The notes under the pieces are model-generated. The model did not search any database. It had not been told where the DNA came from and was given only the letters and a program-made list of their open reading frames with translations. Positions 62,642-64,000 of a stretch of DNA of 64,000 nt are shown here, one piece after another (position 1 is the first letter of the stretch; every line of letters begins with the position of its first letter). Made by a program: the position numbers and the translations under genes. This DNA comes from an uncultured Chloroflexia bacterium (GTDB lineage Bacteria; Chloroflexota; Chloroflexia; Thermomicrobiales; UBA6265): the NCBI GenBank assembly GCA_963724295.1, contig CAVRUC010000009.1:224001-288000 (forward strand), given 5' to 3'.

Positions 62642-62730
62642 CGCCCGGATTCGCGACCGCGTGAGTCCGGGCGTACCCGTGCGCCGAAAGCTCCGTCTGA
62701 GGTGGCTTGACCGGTAACCTCAGACAGGAG
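62642..62730 (+). promoter_or_regulatory. Structured 5' leader: two hairpins, the second occluding the rsgA RBS
   Basis: 14-bp stem 62642-62673; CTCCGTCTGAGGT (62691-62703) pairs with ACCTCAGACAGGAG (62717-62730), which contains the AGGAG RBS. Confidence 0.6.
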
Positions 62731-62737
62731 CCAGACG

Positions 62738-63819
62738 TTGATTCCTCTCGAACTTGAACTACAGAACTCGGATTTGGACCGTTTTTCGCGACCCAGCTCG
62801 ATCCCCTGGAACGTGTCCGACCCGGACTCGTGCCGGCCCGGATCGCCGCCGATGGCGCTGGGATCTACCCCCTGCTCGGCAGCCAGGCCCGGCTCGGAGA
62901 GCTCTCCGGCCGGCTACGCCACGAGCTCACTGGCATCGACCGGCCGGCCGTCGGCGACTGGGTCGCCATCGCCGACGACGCCGAGCGGGCCGTCCTTCAT
63001 CATGTCCTGCGGCGACGGACGGCCATGATCCGCCGCGCGGCGGACACGGACGCCACCGCGCAGATGATCGCGGCCAACGTCGACATCTTCTGCCTCGTCA
63101 CCTCGGCCAACCGCGATCTCAATCCGCGTCGCATGGAGCGCTACCTGACCGCGGTCTGGGAGAGCGGAGCAACCCCTGTTATCGTCCTCAACAAGGTCGA
63201 TCTCGTCGCCGACCGCGGTGCCATGAGCCAGGCGCTTGGCTCGGTGGCTCTGGGCGTTCCAGTCGTCGAAGTGAGTGCCCTCACCGGGGTTGGGATCGAT
63301 GCGCTGCGCGAGCATGTCGGACCGGGCACCACCGTCGGCTTCATCGGCTCCTCGGGAGTCGGCAAGTCGTCTTTGATCAACCGCCTGGTCGGTCGCGAGG
63401 TCCAGCACGTCAGCGACATCCGGGAAGACGATGCCCGCGGCCGCCACACCACCACCCGGCGTGAGCTCGTGCTGCTGCCCGGTGGTGGCGTGCTCATCGA
63501 CACCCCCGGCATGCGCGAGCTGGGACTGCTCGAAGATGACGGCGGGATCGACGCGACCTTCGCCGACATCGCGGAGATCGCCCAGGCCTGCCGGTTCAAC
63601 GACTGCCTGCACGAGAGCGAGCCCGGCTGCGCCGTGCAGGCAGCGCTCTACTCGCGGGCGCTCGATGCAAATCGCCTGCACAGCTACCGCAAGCTGCAAC
63701 GAGAGATCGCCGCATCTGAGCGCCGGCGCGATCCGATTCTGGCCGCCAACGAGCGGCGCCGCTGGAAGACGATCCACAAGGAGCTGCGAGCGCGGGAAAA
63801 AGCCAGGAGCCGCTATTGA
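62738..63819 (+). CDS. rsgA: Ribosome small subunit-dependent GTPase RsgA homolog (apparent -1 frameshift near 62767)
   Basis: PAVGDWV, LNKVDL, GSSGVGKSS, GRHTTT, DTPGMRE and CRFNDCLHESEPGCAV; TTG start with AGGAG RBS. Confidence 0.9.
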
Positions 63820-63853
63820 TGTCCGGTCGACACCGTCCGCTCTCAACTGCTGC

Positions 63854-63889
63854 GAGGTGGCTGGATGGACACCTCCACCCAGCCACCTC
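63854..63889. terminator. Hairpin downstream of rsgA
   Basis: GAGGTGGCTGGATGGA-CACC-TCCACCCAGCCACCTC. Confidence 0.5.
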
Positions 63890-64000
63890 ACCTCGATCTA
63901 CTGGTTCTCGATGAGCCGATCGACGGCAGCGTCGAGGATCGAGTGGCTCTGCCCATCCCGGCCATTGCCAAGCGGGTTCGGCCCTGACGAAACCGGTGGC

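Overview
High-GC bacterial chromosomal window. It is most consistent with Chloroflexota (Thermomicrobiales-like), inferred from the FPETGH-type repeats of an L,D-transpeptidase, Tat-exported sugar-binding proteins and short 7-8-mer palindromic intergenic repeats. Two co-oriented complex I fragments (nuoABCD at 52.5-55.5 kb; nuoH-J-K at 1.9-4.0 kb; no nuoEFG, I or LMN) bracket about 48 kb of accessory genes. These include a LacI-controlled carbohydrate locus (two ABC permease sets, GH13, GH106-like), an ECF41-like sigma/VOC/UvrA-class-II stress cassette, a second sugar operon with a tandem ferritin-like protein, TctABC, and TetR/peroxiredoxin genes. The most striking element is an apparently cytoplasmic fusion (21847-24042) of a Nal1/trypsin-like serine protease to an S1/P1-type zinc nuclease whose catalytic Trp1 is buried internally, suggesting a self-activating nuclease zymogen (candidate defence/toxin system); a nucleotidyltransferase gene lies just upstream. 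Other notable signals are a leader peptide plus RBS-sequestering hairpin ahead of an rsgA homolog, overlapping divergent ECF41-type promoters, and palindromic repeats read in frame inside proteins. Many single-base frameshifts (nuoJ, GH106, DUF1801, GNAT, trkAH, M1 peptidase, rsgA) look like long-read assembly errors rather than true pseudogenes. No rRNA, tRNA, CRISPR array or transposase was recognised.
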